Part shown: piece by piece, positions 36,134 through 46,216 of the stretch | How positions within the stretch are numbered: position 1 is the stretch's first letter | How the letters are laid out: each line of letters begins with the position of its first letter | Sequence record: NC_055781.1 | Length of the DNA: 64,000 nt | DNA from: Escherichia phage p000v | Reading direction: 5' to 3' (one strand) | The notes under the pieces: model-generated | Told to the model about the DNA's origin: nothing | Database searches by the model: none | What the model saw: the letters and a program-made list of their open reading frames with translations, nothing else | Program-made: the position numbers and the translations under genes

Positions 36134-36784
36134 ATGATTTATTATATGCACAAAAACGCGCCATTTAAATATGGTAAATTTCCTAATGCACAATGTTATA
36201 ATATAACGCCGAATGAAAATAATAACGGATACCATATTGGTGTAATTTTTGTAATTGTTAAAGATAACGAAATCGTTGCCTGGGCAGATTTTAAAGGTAC
36301 AACATATGATGTTAATCCTGTGCCTTTCACATATTACAATATAATGGATTTGGCATATGATTATAATTGGTTTACTCATGACACGTTGGCTCATATTGAA
36401 GGTGTAGGATTTGACATCTCTTATTCTAGCTATTCGTTACGTCCTATGAGCCGAGCTCACGGTAAAGATGTATCATATCTTTCAATTCGGAAACGTGTAA
36501 ACTTCAAACGTAGTACAGAGTATGTTGGTGGACTCTTTGTTAAAGATAATAAAATAACCCGTATTAGTTATCCTTTAAGTGTAGATCAAAAAGATGTTGA
36601 TGTTGATTTAGTCTTAACTGAAAGTAACATTAATCGTATTGCTTCTGTATATTTTGATATCAATGAAAAAATTGTAGTGTGTGGATACGAATTACCACTT
36701 GAAGAAAAGGCTGAAGCAATTGAAGTCGAATTAGAAATTTCTGTTGATGACCAAATATTTAATGCATTTATGAATCGAGGTTAA
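36134..36784 (+). CDS. hypothetical protein
   Basis: ATG at 36134 just after upstream stop. Confidence 0.5.
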   Translation: MIYYMHKNAPFKYGKFPNAQCYNITPNENNNGYHIGVIFVIVKDNEIVAWADFKGTTYDVNPVPFTYYNIMDLAYDYNWFTHDTLAHIEGVGFDISYSSYSLRPMSRAHGKDVSYLSIRKRVNFKRSTEYVGGLFVKDNKITRISYPLSVDQKDVDVDLVLTESNINRIASVYFDINEKIVVCGYELPLEEKAEAIEVELEISVDDQIFNAFMNRG

Positions 36785-36785
36785 A

Positions 36786-36983
36786 ATGACTACTGCAATT
36801 TGCACTGGTTCTAAAATTAGTGTTTTTACAAGTTTTGAAGATTATGAAGTTGTTTCAAAACACCAATACAATATTAACGTAAAAGCTAATGATGGTGTAA
36901 TTTGGAATATTCCACACTATGAAGACACTACATATGAAGTCACAGATGCGAACGGTGATAAAGCGATCTTTGTGATTGATTAA
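36786..36983 (+). CDS. hypothetical protein
   Basis: ORF track. Confidence 0.4.
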   Translation: MTTAICTGSKISVFTSFEDYEVVSKHQYNINVKANDGVIWNIPHYEDTTYEVTDANGDKAIFVID

Positions 36984-37002
36984 ATATACTCAGGAGGTAC
37001 CT

Positions 37003-37470
37003 ATGGGTATTATTAACACTGCAATAGATTCTGTTTACGCATATAAGTTTATTCGACTAATGCAAAAACCTTTTACCGAATGGAAAGCGTACGAAGCCAA
37101 AATAATCGACGAACGTGGAAGTGTTCTTAAACGTCCTTCTACTCCCGAAGAGAAAGCGGCTTATACACCTTTTCATGCTTCAGTTCGTTCAATGAAGCGA
37201 ATGATGAGTACTGTTCCAGGTCTTAATGGAATGGCCTCAATGATGTCTGCCTGGAGTGCTGTAGCTTCACGCTATAACATTACTGAAGAACAACAGAAAG
37301 AAATATTTAAAGAACTCCCTTTATTTGAGGATATGGTTGCTGGTGATTCAGGTGGCAGTCCTCAAGCTATTGCATCAGGAACAACTACAGGTGCAGTCGT
37401 AAATAAAGGTCCAGAACAAATTCCTTCCAAGAAAAGAAAGCGAATTAAAGTAAATATTAATAAGTTGTGA
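37003..37470 (+). CDS. hypothetical protein
   Basis: ATG with RBS AGGAGG. Confidence 0.5.
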   Translation: MGIINTAIDSVYAYKFIRLMQKPFTEWKAYEAKIIDERGSVLKRPSTPEEKAAYTPFHASVRSMKRMMSTVPGLNGMASMMSAWSAVASRYNITEEQQKEIFKELPLFEDMVAGDSGGSPQAIASGTTTGAVVNKGPEQIPSKKRKRIKVNINKL

Positions 37471-37509
37471 TAAGATGGCCTTATTAATTTAAGGCCTCTG
37501 GAGAATACT

Positions 37510-38532
37510 ATGGCTGAATGGATAGATAATGAATTTGCTTATCGTGCGTTTTCTCACCTACCTCGTTTTAGACAAATCAATAATTCAAGCACATTTAAAT
37601 TAACATTTCGATGCCCAGTTTGTGGCGACTCTCAGACAGATGCAATGAAAGCCCGCGGATGGTATTATGGCGGTACTCCAGGTAATGTGCATTGCTATAA
37701 CTGCCAATATCATAATACAATTTCTGGATACTTAAAAGAGTACGATGAAGAGCTTTATCGCGAGTATCTAATGGAAGTTCGTAAAGAAAAAGCTAGAATG
37801 GAACCAAAGATTGAAAAGGTTCCTGAACATAAACCGGAACCGGAGAAAAAGACTATAAATTCTTTGCCGTCTTGTTCTCGTCTGGACAAGTTGCCTGAAG
37901 AGCATCCTATTGTGAAATATGTTAAGTCTCGGTGTATTCCTAAAGAATCATGGAACAGATTATGGTTCACATTAGAATGGCCCAAATTGGTCAACAAGAT
38001 TCAACCTGGTACGTATAAGAAAGAGATTCCCGAGCCACGTTTAGTGATTCCTATTTTTAATAAAGACGGGAAGGCCGAGTCATTCCAAGGACGTGCACTT
38101 CGTAAAGATGCTCCTCAAAAATATATCACTATTAAAGCTTTTGAATCCGCAACAAAAATTTATGGTGTTGAACGTGTTAAGGAAGGGGACGTCTGGGTAA
38201 TGGAAGGCCCTATTGATAGTTTATTCATACCCAATGCAATAGCTATTACAGGCGGCTCAATAGATTTAGATGTGGTGCCATTTAAAGAACGTCGGGTATG
38301 GGTAATGGATAATGAACCTAGGCATCCGGATACTATAGCTCGTATGAAGCGATTAGTTGATGCAGGCGAACGTGTCATGTTCTGGGACCGAGCTCCATGG
38401 AGATCAAAGGATGTGAATGATATGGTAATGAAAGAAAATGCAACACCACAAGAAATTTTAGAATATATGAAACAGAATATTTCAAGTGGGTTGCATGCTA
38501 AAATGAGATTATCTCGTTATTCGAAGATTTAA
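37510..38532 (+). CDS. 61: DNA primase gp61
   Basis: Zinc ribbon CPVCGDS..CYNC, TOPRIM-like MEGPIDSLF and VMDNE; 340 aa. Confidence 0.9.
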   Translation: MAEWIDNEFAYRAFSHLPRFRQINNSSTFKLTFRCPVCGDSQTDAMKARGWYYGGTPGNVHCYNCQYHNTISGYLKEYDEELYREYLMEVRKEKARMEPKIEKVPEHKPEPEKKTINSLPSCSRLDKLPEEHPIVKYVKSRCIPKESWNRLWFTLEWPKLVNKIQPGTYKKEIPEPRLVIPIFNKDGKAESFQGRALRKDAPQKYITIKAFESATKIYGVERVKEGDVWVMEGPIDSLFIPNAIAITGGSIDLDVVPFKERRVWVMDNEPRHPDTIARMKRLVDAGERVMFWDRAPWRSKDVNDMVMKENATPQEILEYMKQNISSGLHAKMRLSRYSKI

Positions 38533-38726
38533 ACAAGCCCTATAATAGCAAAGGCCAAATCAACTACAGTATCCAATGGAACAGAAGGAACTATAATACC
38601 ATGGGCAACTAACAATGGTGCAATCCCGAAGTTCCATGAAATAATGCCACCTACAACTATTGCAGCGATAGCAGTTTTCTTTTTATTGCCTTTAATAGCG
38701 TTGATTAACGATGGAAGTTTAAACAT
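38529..38726 (-). CDS. small membrane protein encoded on the opposite strand
   Basis: Strong RBS AAGGAG on minus strand 5 nt before ATG; hydrophobic 65 aa. Confidence 0.5.
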   Translation of the reverse strand: MFKLPSLINAIKGNKKKTAIAAIVVGGIISWNFGIAPLLVAHGIIVPSVPLDTVVDLAFAIIGLV

Positions 38727-38814
38727 AATATCTCCTTAGTTACCTATTATTTATTACGCTTTATAAAATTAATGTTAGAATTAACTCTCTTATACTGAAT
38801 TGAAAGGAAAAATA

Positions 38815-39336
38815 ATGGCACACTTTAACGAATGTTCACAACTTATTTCTGGTGTTGATAAAGCAGAAGAAGCTTATTTTAATGCTCTGATTCACGAAGA
38901 TAAAGACCCACTGCAGGTAATGCTTGATATGCAGAAATCTTTACAGGTTCGTCTGGCAAATGACAAGCCTGAACATAACAAACATCCTGATGAATTGGCC
39001 ACTGCTGGTGATGTTGTTGATTGGCTGCGTAATCAGAAAGATTATATTGATGATGAATTTCGTGAACTGCTGACTTCACTTGGTGGTATGAGCAACGGTG
39101 AAAAAGCCGCCAGCAGTGTATGGAAGCCGTGGAAGGCACAACACGCTGAATATCGAAATCGTCGTATCGATGAACTGTCTCCTGAAGACCAGCTCGAAAT
39201 TAAATTCGAAATGATTGATATTCTGCACTTCGTTCTGAACATGTTCCAAGGTCTGGGTCTTTCCGCTGAAGAAATCTTTAAACTTTACTACTTGAAAAAC
39301 CAACACAACTTTGAACGTCAGGATAATGGTTACTGA
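38815..39336 (+). CDS. 56: dCTPase/dUTPase gp56 (MazG-like)
   Basis: MAHFNEC...DPLQVMLDMQ...ETAGDVV.W...EDQLEIKFE..D..HFVLNMF matches recalled T4 gp56. Confidence 0.9.
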   Translation: MAHFNECSQLISGVDKAEEAYFNALIHEDKDPLQVMLDMQKSLQVRLANDKPEHNKHPDELATAGDVVDWLRNQKDYIDDEFRELLTSLGGMSNGEKAASSVWKPWKAQHAEYRNRRIDELSPEDQLEIKFEMIDILHFVLNMFQGLGLSAEEIFKLYYLKNQHNFERQDNGY

Positions 39337-39342
39337 TTAAGT

Positions 39343-39350
39343 TATAAATA
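39343..39350 (+). promoter_or_regulatory. late promoter TATAAATA upstream of soc
   Basis: Exact TATAAATA about 30 nt before soc ATG. Confidence 0.5.
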
Positions 39351-39381
39351 CACCTGTAATTAAACAACAAAGGAGTTAATT

Positions 39382-39618
39382 ATGGGTGGTTACGTTAATA
39401 TCAAAACCTTTACTCATCCAGCGGGTGAAGGCAAAGAAGTTAAAGGTATGGAAGTTTCTGTTCCGTTTGAAATCTATTCTAACGAGCATCGTATTGCAGA
39501 TTCTCATTACCAAATCTTTCCATCAGAAAAGGCAGCTTATTCTACTGTAGTTTCTGATGCAGCTGACTGGAAAACTAAGAACGCTGCAATGTTTACCCCT
39601 ACACCAGTAAGTGGTTAA
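39382..39618 (+). CDS. soc: small outer capsid protein Soc
   Basis: GYVNIKTF ... AHYQ.FPSEKAAYSTV matches recalled T4 Soc. Confidence 0.85.
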   Translation: MGGYVNIKTFTHPAGEGKEVKGMEVSVPFEIYSNEHRIADSHYQIFPSEKAAYSTVVSDAADWKTKNAAMFTPTPVSG

Positions 39619-39627
39619 ATAATTTAA

Positions 39628-39651
39628 GGAATCCTTCGGGATTCCTTTTTT
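39628..39651 (+). terminator. rho-independent terminator GGAAUCC-UUCG-GGAUUCC + U6
   Basis: 7 bp stem, UUCG loop, TTTTTT. Confidence 0.65.
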
Positions 39652-39719
39652 CGTTTCTAGAGTTTACATCTACTAAAAACTGTGTTAAGATATTCTTACT
39701 TACTCAAGAGGAGAACAAT

Positions 39720-39947
39720 ATGTTAAATCGTTGGATTAAACCTAATAACACATTAGGTGCTTTGATTGCTCAAGAAGTTTCGTTGAAATACGGTCTTGGA
39801 TATTACGATGATGTAGTCGTACACTCATTCATGATGGATGGTGAAGACGTCAAATTTAATGCCGAAATCCGTTGGGATGATGGTGGTGTTCGTTTTGTTC
39901 GAGGAACAATTAATGCTTACGATACTGAAGAAGTTATTTGCTGTTAA
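39720..39947 (+). CDS. hypothetical protein
   Basis: ORF track; RBS GAGGAGAA. Confidence 0.45.
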   Translation: MLNRWIKPNNTLGALIAQEVSLKYGLGYYDDVVVHSFMMDGEDVKFNAEIRWDDGGVRFVRGTINAYDTEEVICC

Positions 39948-39960
39948 ACCAGGCGAAGGT

Positions 39961-40149
39961 ATGATGCCTATTCCTGATACACACGAAAAAAGTTGGGAAT
40001 ACATTGGTGACGGCATGATGGAAGAAGTTATTCGTCCTAAGTCTGCTTCAAACTCTTCAAGTTATAATCATTCATACGTATCGTCTTGGCCTGGTGATTC
40101 CGGGTCAAGTTATTCTGATTGTGGTTCAAGCTCAGGGAGCTGCGAATGA
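39961..40149 (+). CDS. hypothetical Ser-rich small protein
   Basis: Internal ATG after upstream stop. Confidence 0.4.
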   Translation: MMPIPDTHEKSWEYIGDGMMEEVIRPKSASNSSSYNHSYVSSWPGDSGSSYSDCGSSSGSCE

Positions 40150-40325
40150 ACAAGATAGTTAAATGGTTTAAAAGCTGGGACGATGGTGTCGGTCCAGAAG
40201 ATTGGCTGGATGTTCTTGAAGAGAATATGGCTAAAGAATTCCAGAAACATGAAGAAAAGCTCGTCGAAGATGAAGGCGAACGTATTGTAAAACTTTATAT
40301 GGGTGAACCATCGAGGAAATTATAA
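40146..40325 (+). CDS. hypothetical protein
   Basis: ATGA overlap. Confidence 0.4.
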   Translation: MNKIVKWFKSWDDGVGPEDWLDVLEENMAKEFQKHEEKLVEDEGERIVKLYMGEPSRKL

Positions 40326-40789
40326 TGGATGCTATGTTATTTAAAATGTACTTGCTTGAAGCCAAGTCGTTTAAACATATACCAGTAGAAGATAAGACTC
40401 CACTAGAAATAGCTATTCTCATTAACAAAAGTCTAAATAATCCGCAATATATCGTAGAAGAATTCTGCAAATTGCAGATTCCTAAAGGTTACAAAATTCG
40501 TGTAGAGCGAGTTGGAGCTATTACTCGTTCTAAAAATTCTCCGTTTAGTCTTGAAGAAGGCATAAAGGACTTAGGTTATGAATCTACGGAAAATGCCGTT
40601 TATGTGAATCCTGAAAAGCGTTTAGACTTGTTTGAAAAGCGAGACCATAAGTATTTTGCCAAAAAATACTTTATTACATCATTAGCAGATTTAATCCATT
40701 TGCAACGAGCTATTTGGAAATTTTTTAAGACAAAAGGTGTAGCGCTAGAAACATTCTCCGAGCAGCCTAGTTTTTATTTAGGTGAATAA
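40325..40789 (+). CDS. hypothetical protein
   Basis: ORF track 154 aa. Confidence 0.5.
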   Translation: MDAMLFKMYLLEAKSFKHIPVEDKTPLEIAILINKSLNNPQYIVEEFCKLQIPKGYKIRVERVGAITRSKNSPFSLEEGIKDLGYESTENAVYVNPEKRLDLFEKRDHKYFAKKYFITSLADLIHLQRAIWKFFKTKGVALETFSEQPSFYLGE

Positions 40790-40790
40790 T

Positions 40791-40970
40791 ATGGACCTTA
40801 TGAGTATGTTTGACGAGCCTGAAGTTGAGGCTCCTAAAGTGCATCGTAGTGAACTTGTTGATGAACTAGATAGTATTATACAACGACACGGCTTTAGTTT
40901 ACCTGTTGAAGCCCTGAAAGACCTTGCCTCTTATTATGACGACCCTCCACCATGGAGTCCTTGGAAATGA
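40791..40970 (+). CDS. hypothetical acidic protein
   Basis: ATG right after upstream stop. Confidence 0.4.
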   Translation: MDLMSMFDEPEVEAPKVHRSELVDELDSIIQRHGFSLPVEALKDLASYYDDPPPWSPWK

Positions 40971-41317
40971 AAGAGAAATTTAAAGAGAAATTCTTACTAG
41001 AAATCAAGGAAAAAGACTTTGAGACATGGTATCGAATGGTGAAAGGGTTGACATTGCTTTTTAAAGCATCCTTATTCATGTTAGAACAACCTGGTCCTGA
41101 TGGACCTTTAGTAGGAAAGCTTAAAAAGTAGTTTACATTCCCTCCTCTCGTGTTATGATAGGCTTATCTTTAAATGGAGGTCTATCATGACATGTCAATC
41201 TGAACTTCAAGAACGCGAATACCTAACAAAATCATTCATTTGAAAATGTTGAATTTTTAGTGTACAAACTCTACTGACGATGATACTATACTTTTATCAA
41301 CCACAGGAGAAACCTAA

Positions 41318-41926
41318 ATGTTTATGCCGTATAATGAATGTGAAATTGAAGAAATGGTTCGTCGTGCTCAAAACCCCGAATATCAAGATGTATTGCAGTA
41401 CGAAATTGATAGTCAATTCAGCGACATTGAACAAAGTGTACTGTGGCAGTGTATGGAAAACAAGCCTGATAGCATCCAACAGGAGTTAAGTTCAATCGTT
41501 CGTAGAAATTGGACGTCTTCTGTTCCTGAGACAATGTATCGTGGAATCTCTAAGAAAACTATGGCCACACTCGATGATAAAGGCGTTGGTAGTATTATTA
41601 AATTTGACAGAGTAATGAGCTTTAGCCCGGTGTTTGGTGTAGCACGTAACTTTGCTTCGTATAATTTTTACGGAACATTTAATATGTTCTGCATCAAAGA
41701 TGCACCATTTGCTTTCAACTTCCGTGAACATATGCTTAACATGATTCTGGCTGCGCCATCTTGTGAGTTCAATGGAGCTTTCCCTGAAGCGACAAGACGG
41801 TCTAATGCTAGACTTATATCTGACGAATGTGAATTTATGCTCCCTATAGGGACTACACTGCGTGTAGATTCTATTATTCAAGATGGAAGTTATACAATCT
41901 GGAATCTGTCTATTGTCGGTTACTGA
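41318..41926 (+). CDS. ADP-ribosyltransferase (ModA/ModB family)
   Basis: ART triad-like elements: R in MYRG, SFSPV, DECEF; 202 aa; synteny near srd/dda. Confidence 0.75.
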   Translation: MFMPYNECEIEEMVRRAQNPEYQDVLQYEIDSQFSDIEQSVLWQCMENKPDSIQQELSSIVRRNWTSSVPETMYRGISKKTMATLDDKGVGSIIKFDRVMSFSPVFGVARNFASYNFYGTFNMFCIKDAPFAFNFREHMLNMILAAPSCEFNGAFPEATRRSNARLISDECEFMLPIGTTLRVDSIIQDGSYTIWNLSIVGY

Positions 41927-42079
41927 CTGGATTGGAATAACCGGATGGAACTCAGAACCATTATAACACATAAAAAATTAAAGCATTTTATGAAAAAAGA
42001 GTGTACACTACCTGAGGGCATGATATTATAGACCTATCAGCTAAATGACCTTAACGTCCGTAAGACAGAGGAAAATATT

Positions 42080-42826
42080 ATGTTATCAAATAATAAAATT
42101 AACAAAATCAATCGTCGTCTTGACCACACCAGAGCTTCTGCGAAGAGACGCTCTAAGGATTTTAACTTAGACTTTAATTACCTTAAAAACATTCTTGATC
42201 AAAAGGTCTGCGCTTACTCAGGTGAATCTTTCAATAACGCTGTTGAAGGTGAGAAATTATCCTTAGAACGTTTTAATAACGATATCGGCTACATTAAAGG
42301 TAATGTTATCCCAGTTAAGAAAAAATATAACACGGCTCGTTCTGATTTAACATTAGAAGAACTTATTGAGAAACGTGATGCCATTGCAAGACGTATCGCT
42401 AATCCTTCTGTCCGTAAAGTAGAGAAACTTAATCTCGACGAGAAGAAATGGGCCCAAATCAAAAAGGTTTATGATACCATTTTAAAAATCCGAGCAAAAC
42501 GTGAAAATCGTGTTAAGCATATGGCGAACATGATGAAAAATCAACCTTTATCTAACGAATCTAAACTTAGAATTGTTGCTTTGAAAGCACGCATTAACGG
42601 CTCACATCAAGCGGAAGGACATGAACTTACTAAACTCAACGTTCTTCTTAAAGGCTCTGACTGGAAAACTAAAACTAAATTAACTGACGCTGAATCGCTT
42701 TTCGATACATATGATAAAGTTATCCAAGGTCTGCAACGTTTTGAAAAGATTGGTTTCATTGGTAAATTAAAATTGAAACGTGGCCTACCACTTAGCGCAT
42801 CATTATTCCAACTGATTAAAGGTTAA
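42080..42826 (+). CDS. hypothetical basic protein at the position of T4 srd
   Basis: Synteny and size only. Confidence 0.5.
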   Translation: MLSNNKINKINRRLDHTRASAKRRSKDFNLDFNYLKNILDQKVCAYSGESFNNAVEGEKLSLERFNNDIGYIKGNVIPVKKKYNTARSDLTLEELIEKRDAIARRIANPSVRKVEKLNLDEKKWAQIKKVYDTILKIRAKRENRVKHMANMMKNQPLSNESKLRIVALKARINGSHQAEGHELTKLNVLLKGSDWKTKTKLTDAESLFDTYDKVIQGLQRFEKIGFIGKLKLKRGLPLSASLFQLIKG

Positions 42827-42828
42827 TT

Positions 42829-43140
42829 ATGGTTTATGTATATGCAATAGTTTATCGAGATATGGAAGGATTTACTGTCCCGGTTCCACTTGATGAGCAT
42901 CGTCCTGCAGTATTTTTTAGAAAGGATATTGCAGATAAAGTTTTCGATACTTTGAAAACACAGTATAAAACAGATTTAAAAATGGGAGTTCTAAGAATGG
43001 TCGAAACTCCGCGTAAGTTCTGGTTTAATAAGCTTGAAATGAAACACATTAAACTAGATGCGGAGACGCAAAGATTGTATCAACGAATTCTAGATACTGG
43101 CCGTATTGTTAGTATTCCAATTGCAGGGACTTTACGATGA
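42829..43140 (+). CDS. hypothetical protein
   Basis: ORF track 103 aa. Confidence 0.45.
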   Translation: MVYVYAIVYRDMEGFTVPVPLDEHRPAVFFRKDIADKVFDTLKTQYKTDLKMGVLRMVETPRKFWFNKLEMKHIKLDAETQRLYQRILDTGRIVSIPIAGTLR

Positions 43141-44450
43141 CATTTGATGATTTGACTGAAGGCCAGAAAAACGCCTTCAACGTTGTTATGAAAGCTATTA
43201 AAGAAAAGAAACATCACGTAACTATTAATGGGCCTGCTGGTACAGGTAAAACAACCCTTACTAGATTCATCGTTGAAGCCCTTATTTCTTCTGGAGAATC
43301 AGGTATTATTTTAGCAGCCCCTACACATGCTGCTAAAAAGGTTCTAAGCAAACTTGCAGGTCAAGAAGCATCGACTATTCATAGCATTCTTAAAATCAAC
43401 CCAACTACATACGAAGAAAACGTATTGTTTGAACAGAAAAAGGTTCCCGACTTAGCCTTGTGTCGTGTACTGTTATTTGATGAAGCATCAATGTGCGACC
43501 GTTCTCTGTTTAAAATAATGTTAGCTAGTATCCCTAAATGGTGTACAGTAATTGGAATCGGCGACAGATGCCAGATTCGTCCAGTGGACCCCGGCGAATC
43601 AACTGCGTATCTAAGTCCTTTCTTCACTCACAAAGACTTCGTGCAATGCAACCTTACAGAAGTTAAACGTAGCAATGCACCAATTATTGATGTTGCGACT
43701 GATATTCGTAATGGCAAATGGATTTACGATAAAGTAGTTGATGGACACGGTGTTCATGGATATACAGACCTTAAATCGTATATGATGAACTATTTTAATG
43801 TCGTTAAAACTCCTGAAGACCTTTTCGAAAATCGAATGATGGCATTCACAAATAAGTCGGTTGACAAGTTGAATTCAATTATTCGCCGAAAACTTCTTGA
43901 AACAGAAAAGCCATTTATTAAAGACGAAGTCATTGTTCTACAAGAGCCGTTTACCAAGACGTATAAGCTAGATGGCAAAAATATGACTGAAATGCTTTTC
44001 AATAACGGGCAATTCGTTCGTATTCGAGATGCCGTAGAAACGTCTACATTCGTTAAAGCACGCGGTGTTTCAGGCGAATATATGATACGATACTGGAATC
44101 TTACAGTAGAAACATATGGGGATGATGAAGAATACGTCCGCGAGGATATAAAGGTTATTTCTTCCGAAGAAGAGCTTTATAAATTCAATTTGTTTTTGGC
44201 TAAGACCGCAGAAACATACAAATTCTGGAATAAAGGTGGTAAAGCTCCATGGAGTGAATTCTGGGATGCTAAACGTATGTTCACTAAGGTGAAGGCACTA
44301 CCAGTATCAACCTTCCATAAGGCCCAGGGTATGTCTGTTGACACGGCCTTTGTTTATACACCGTGTATCCATTATGCTGATTCAGAATTAGCTAAACAGT
44401 TATTGTATGTCGGCACAACTCGTGGTCGTTTTGACGTCCATTTTATTTGA
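43137..44450 (+). CDS. dda: DNA helicase Dda (SF1B)
   Basis: MTFDDLTEGQKNAFN.VMKAIKEKKHHVTINGPAGTGKTT matches recalled T4 Dda. Confidence 0.95.
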   Translation: MTFDDLTEGQKNAFNVVMKAIKEKKHHVTINGPAGTGKTTLTRFIVEALISSGESGIILAAPTHAAKKVLSKLAGQEASTIHSILKINPTTYEENVLFEQKKVPDLALCRVLLFDEASMCDRSLFKIMLASIPKWCTVIGIGDRCQIRPVDPGESTAYLSPFFTHKDFVQCNLTEVKRSNAPIIDVATDIRNGKWIYDKVVDGHGVHGYTDLKSYMMNYFNVVKTPEDLFENRMMAFTNKSVDKLNSIIRRKLLETEKPFIKDEVIVLQEPFTKTYKLDGKNMTEMLFNNGQFVRIRDAVETSTFVKARGVSGEYMIRYWNLTVETYGDDEEYVREDIKVISSEEELYKFNLFLAKTAETYKFWNKGGKAPWSEFWDAKRMFTKVKALPVSTFHKAQGMSVDTAFVYTPCIHYADSELAKQLLYVGTTRGRFDVHFI

Positions 44451-44459
44451 GAGAAAATT

Positions 44460-45137
44460 ATGAGCACTGATGTTATTATAGATTTTGAAACATTCGGCAA
44501 TACGTCAAAAGCTGCTGTTATTGACCTTGCGGTTATTGCATATAATTCAGACCCTGAAGTTGTTGAAACATTTGAAGAACTTGTTCAACGAGGTAAGCGA
44601 ATTAAATTTAATTTAGCTTCTCAAAAAGGGAAGCGAGTTTTCGCTAAATCCACTATGAAATGGTGGAAAGAACAATCGGCTGAAGCACGTAAAAACCTGG
44701 CTCCGTCTGAAGACGATGTCACTACGCTTGAAGGCATTAAAATCTTTTTAGATTATTGTCGAGCTAATAAAGTTGACCAATGGAAATCACAGATGTGGTG
44801 CCGTGGTATGAGCTTTGACTTCCCGATCTTGGTCGATTTGATTCGTGACCTCTATCGTGATGAAGGTGTTCTTGAACCAGATATTGATACCGATAAATTA
44901 GAACCTGTTAAATTCTGGGCTCAACGCGATATTCGTACGGCAATCGAAGCTTACTCGTTGACACGAGGATTAAGTATGTGTCCATTACCGATGGGTACGC
45001 TAAAAGGATTCGTTGCCCATGATAGTATTCATGATTGTGCTAAAGATATTTTGATGTTAAAATATGCTCAGCGTTATGCGCTTGGCCTTGAAGATGTCCC
45101 TGAGAATCCTGACCCGTTAAGTGTAAAACAGCGATAA
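44460..45137 (+). CDS. dexA: exonuclease A (DexA)
   Basis: 225 aa; synteny downstream of dda. Confidence 0.8.
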   Translation: MSTDVIIDFETFGNTSKAAVIDLAVIAYNSDPEVVETFEELVQRGKRIKFNLASQKGKRVFAKSTMKWWKEQSAEARKNLAPSEDDVTTLEGIKIFLDYCRANKVDQWKSQMWCRGMSFDFPILVDLIRDLYRDEGVLEPDIDTDKLEPVKFWAQRDIRTAIEAYSLTRGLSMCPLPMGTLKGFVAHDSIHDCAKDILMLKYAQRYALGLEDVPENPDPLSVKQR

Positions 45138-45145
45138 AACCAGTT

Positions 45146-45190
45146 TACAACCAAGGATGGTTGGAGTATAATCTTTCTATCTTAACCAAA
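45146..45190 (+). repeat. repeated early-promoter cassette (copy 2 of the 3877-3925 element)
   Basis: TACAACCAAGGATGGTTGGAGTATAAT...CTATCTTAACC shared with 3877-3925. Confidence 0.6.
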
Positions 45191-45203
45191 CAGGAAAAAC
45201 ATT

Positions 45204-45698
45204 ATGAATATCAATACTATGGCTACTTACATCCTGAAAGACGAAAAACAAATCAACTGGTACGGTGCTTCAGTGCGAGCTTATGAAAAGTTTTGTGAAA
45301 TTTTAGGTGCCACTCAAGGTAATAGTTTCACTATTGTTAACTTCATCAAACAAGTTGAAGGCCCTTGGTTATTCTTAGAAATTAAAAATTCATATGGTAC
45401 AATTTCTACTACCGCCCTTCCAAGCACCGACTTTGAACTGTTGATTGAAGAAGCACCTGTTAAAGATGGTCTCCACTTTGATATGGATATCGCTTGTATG
45501 TACGGTACTCTGATTAAGCCTATTGAGCCTACTGATTTGTTGTGTAAATATGTTTCAATTCGACGCCCATTCGTTGGTCCAGTAAATGGATGGGTAACTG
45601 ACCAATGGATTGAAGACGGTGTTGAACTTCTGAACGTTGTTCATGCAGGTGATTTTAGTGTAGTTCCACGTAGTGCTGTGGTTAATATCCTTAATTAA
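45204..45698 (+). CDS. hypothetical protein, paralog family member 1
   Basis: C-terminal motif GWVTDQWIEDGVELLNVVHAGDFSVVP shared with next two genes. Confidence 0.55.
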   Translation: MNINTMATYILKDEKQINWYGASVRAYEKFCEILGATQGNSFTIVNFIKQVEGPWLFLEIKNSYGTISTTALPSTDFELLIEEAPVKDGLHFDMDIACMYGTLIKPIEPTDLLCKYVSIRRPFVGPVNGWVTDQWIEDGVELLNVVHAGDFSVVPRSAVVNILN

Positions 45699-45760
45699 TG
45701 TTGTACATCCAAGGATGGATGGAGTATAGCGAATTCAATTTAAACAAAGAGAGAGAAATT

Positions 45761-46216
45761 ATGATTACTATTGGTGAAATTAAGCGTGTATCGTCTGCAT
45801 CTCGTTCTAAAGCTGCAGGTCGTCTAGTTGAAGTTGTCGGACTTCGTACTAATGGTACTGGTCGTGTTAAAGAAGTTAAAGTTCGAATCATTCCTAGTTC
45901 TGGAAAAAGTGAAACTCAGTACGCTTACGTAAGTCCTAAATTCTTGGAAACTCATGTGAGCGCTCATTTTGCTTCTACTGAACCTAATGTACAGTTCAAA
46001 TGGGCCCTTTGCAAAGGCGTTGAATTCCAGACTGATAAAGAATTTGATTTCATCGACGAATATGGTTATCCAAGCAAAACTGATATCATGTGTGGCTTCA
46101 TTAGTGACCAATGGGTTGAAGATGGTGAAAAGTTATACAATATCGTATTCTTAGGTGACTTCCGAGTTGTTAAAGAATCTGAAATCACTCGCTATGTATC
46201 TCCTCGTAAAGCTTAA
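45761..46216 (+). CDS. hypothetical protein, paralog family member 2
   Basis: GFISDQWVEDGEKLYNIVFLGDFRVV; RBS AGAGAGAGA. Confidence 0.55.
   Translation: MITIGEIKRVSSASRSKAAGRLVEVVGLRTNGTGRVKEVKVRIIPSSGKSETQYAYVSPKFLETHVSAHFASTEPNVQFKWALCKGVEFQTDKEFDFIDEYGYPSKTDIMCGFISDQWVEDGEKLYNIVFLGDFRVVKESEITRYVSPRKA

Noticed and set aside
37477-37496. Hairpin GGCCTT-N8-AAGGCC read as a terminator before gene 61
   Set aside because: No T-run follows; it directly precedes the gene 61 RBS, so more likely a structural or regulatory hairpin than a terminator.
38533-38814. dam DNA adenine methyltransferase expected near genes 56 and 61
   Set aside because: No ORF of suitable size or with SAM-binding/DPPY motifs is present; the interval holds only the small minus-strand membrane ORF.
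41492-41971. 159-aa minus-strand ORF inside the ADP-ribosyltransferase gene
   Set aside because: Antisense to an ORF with recognisable ART motifs; no start signals.
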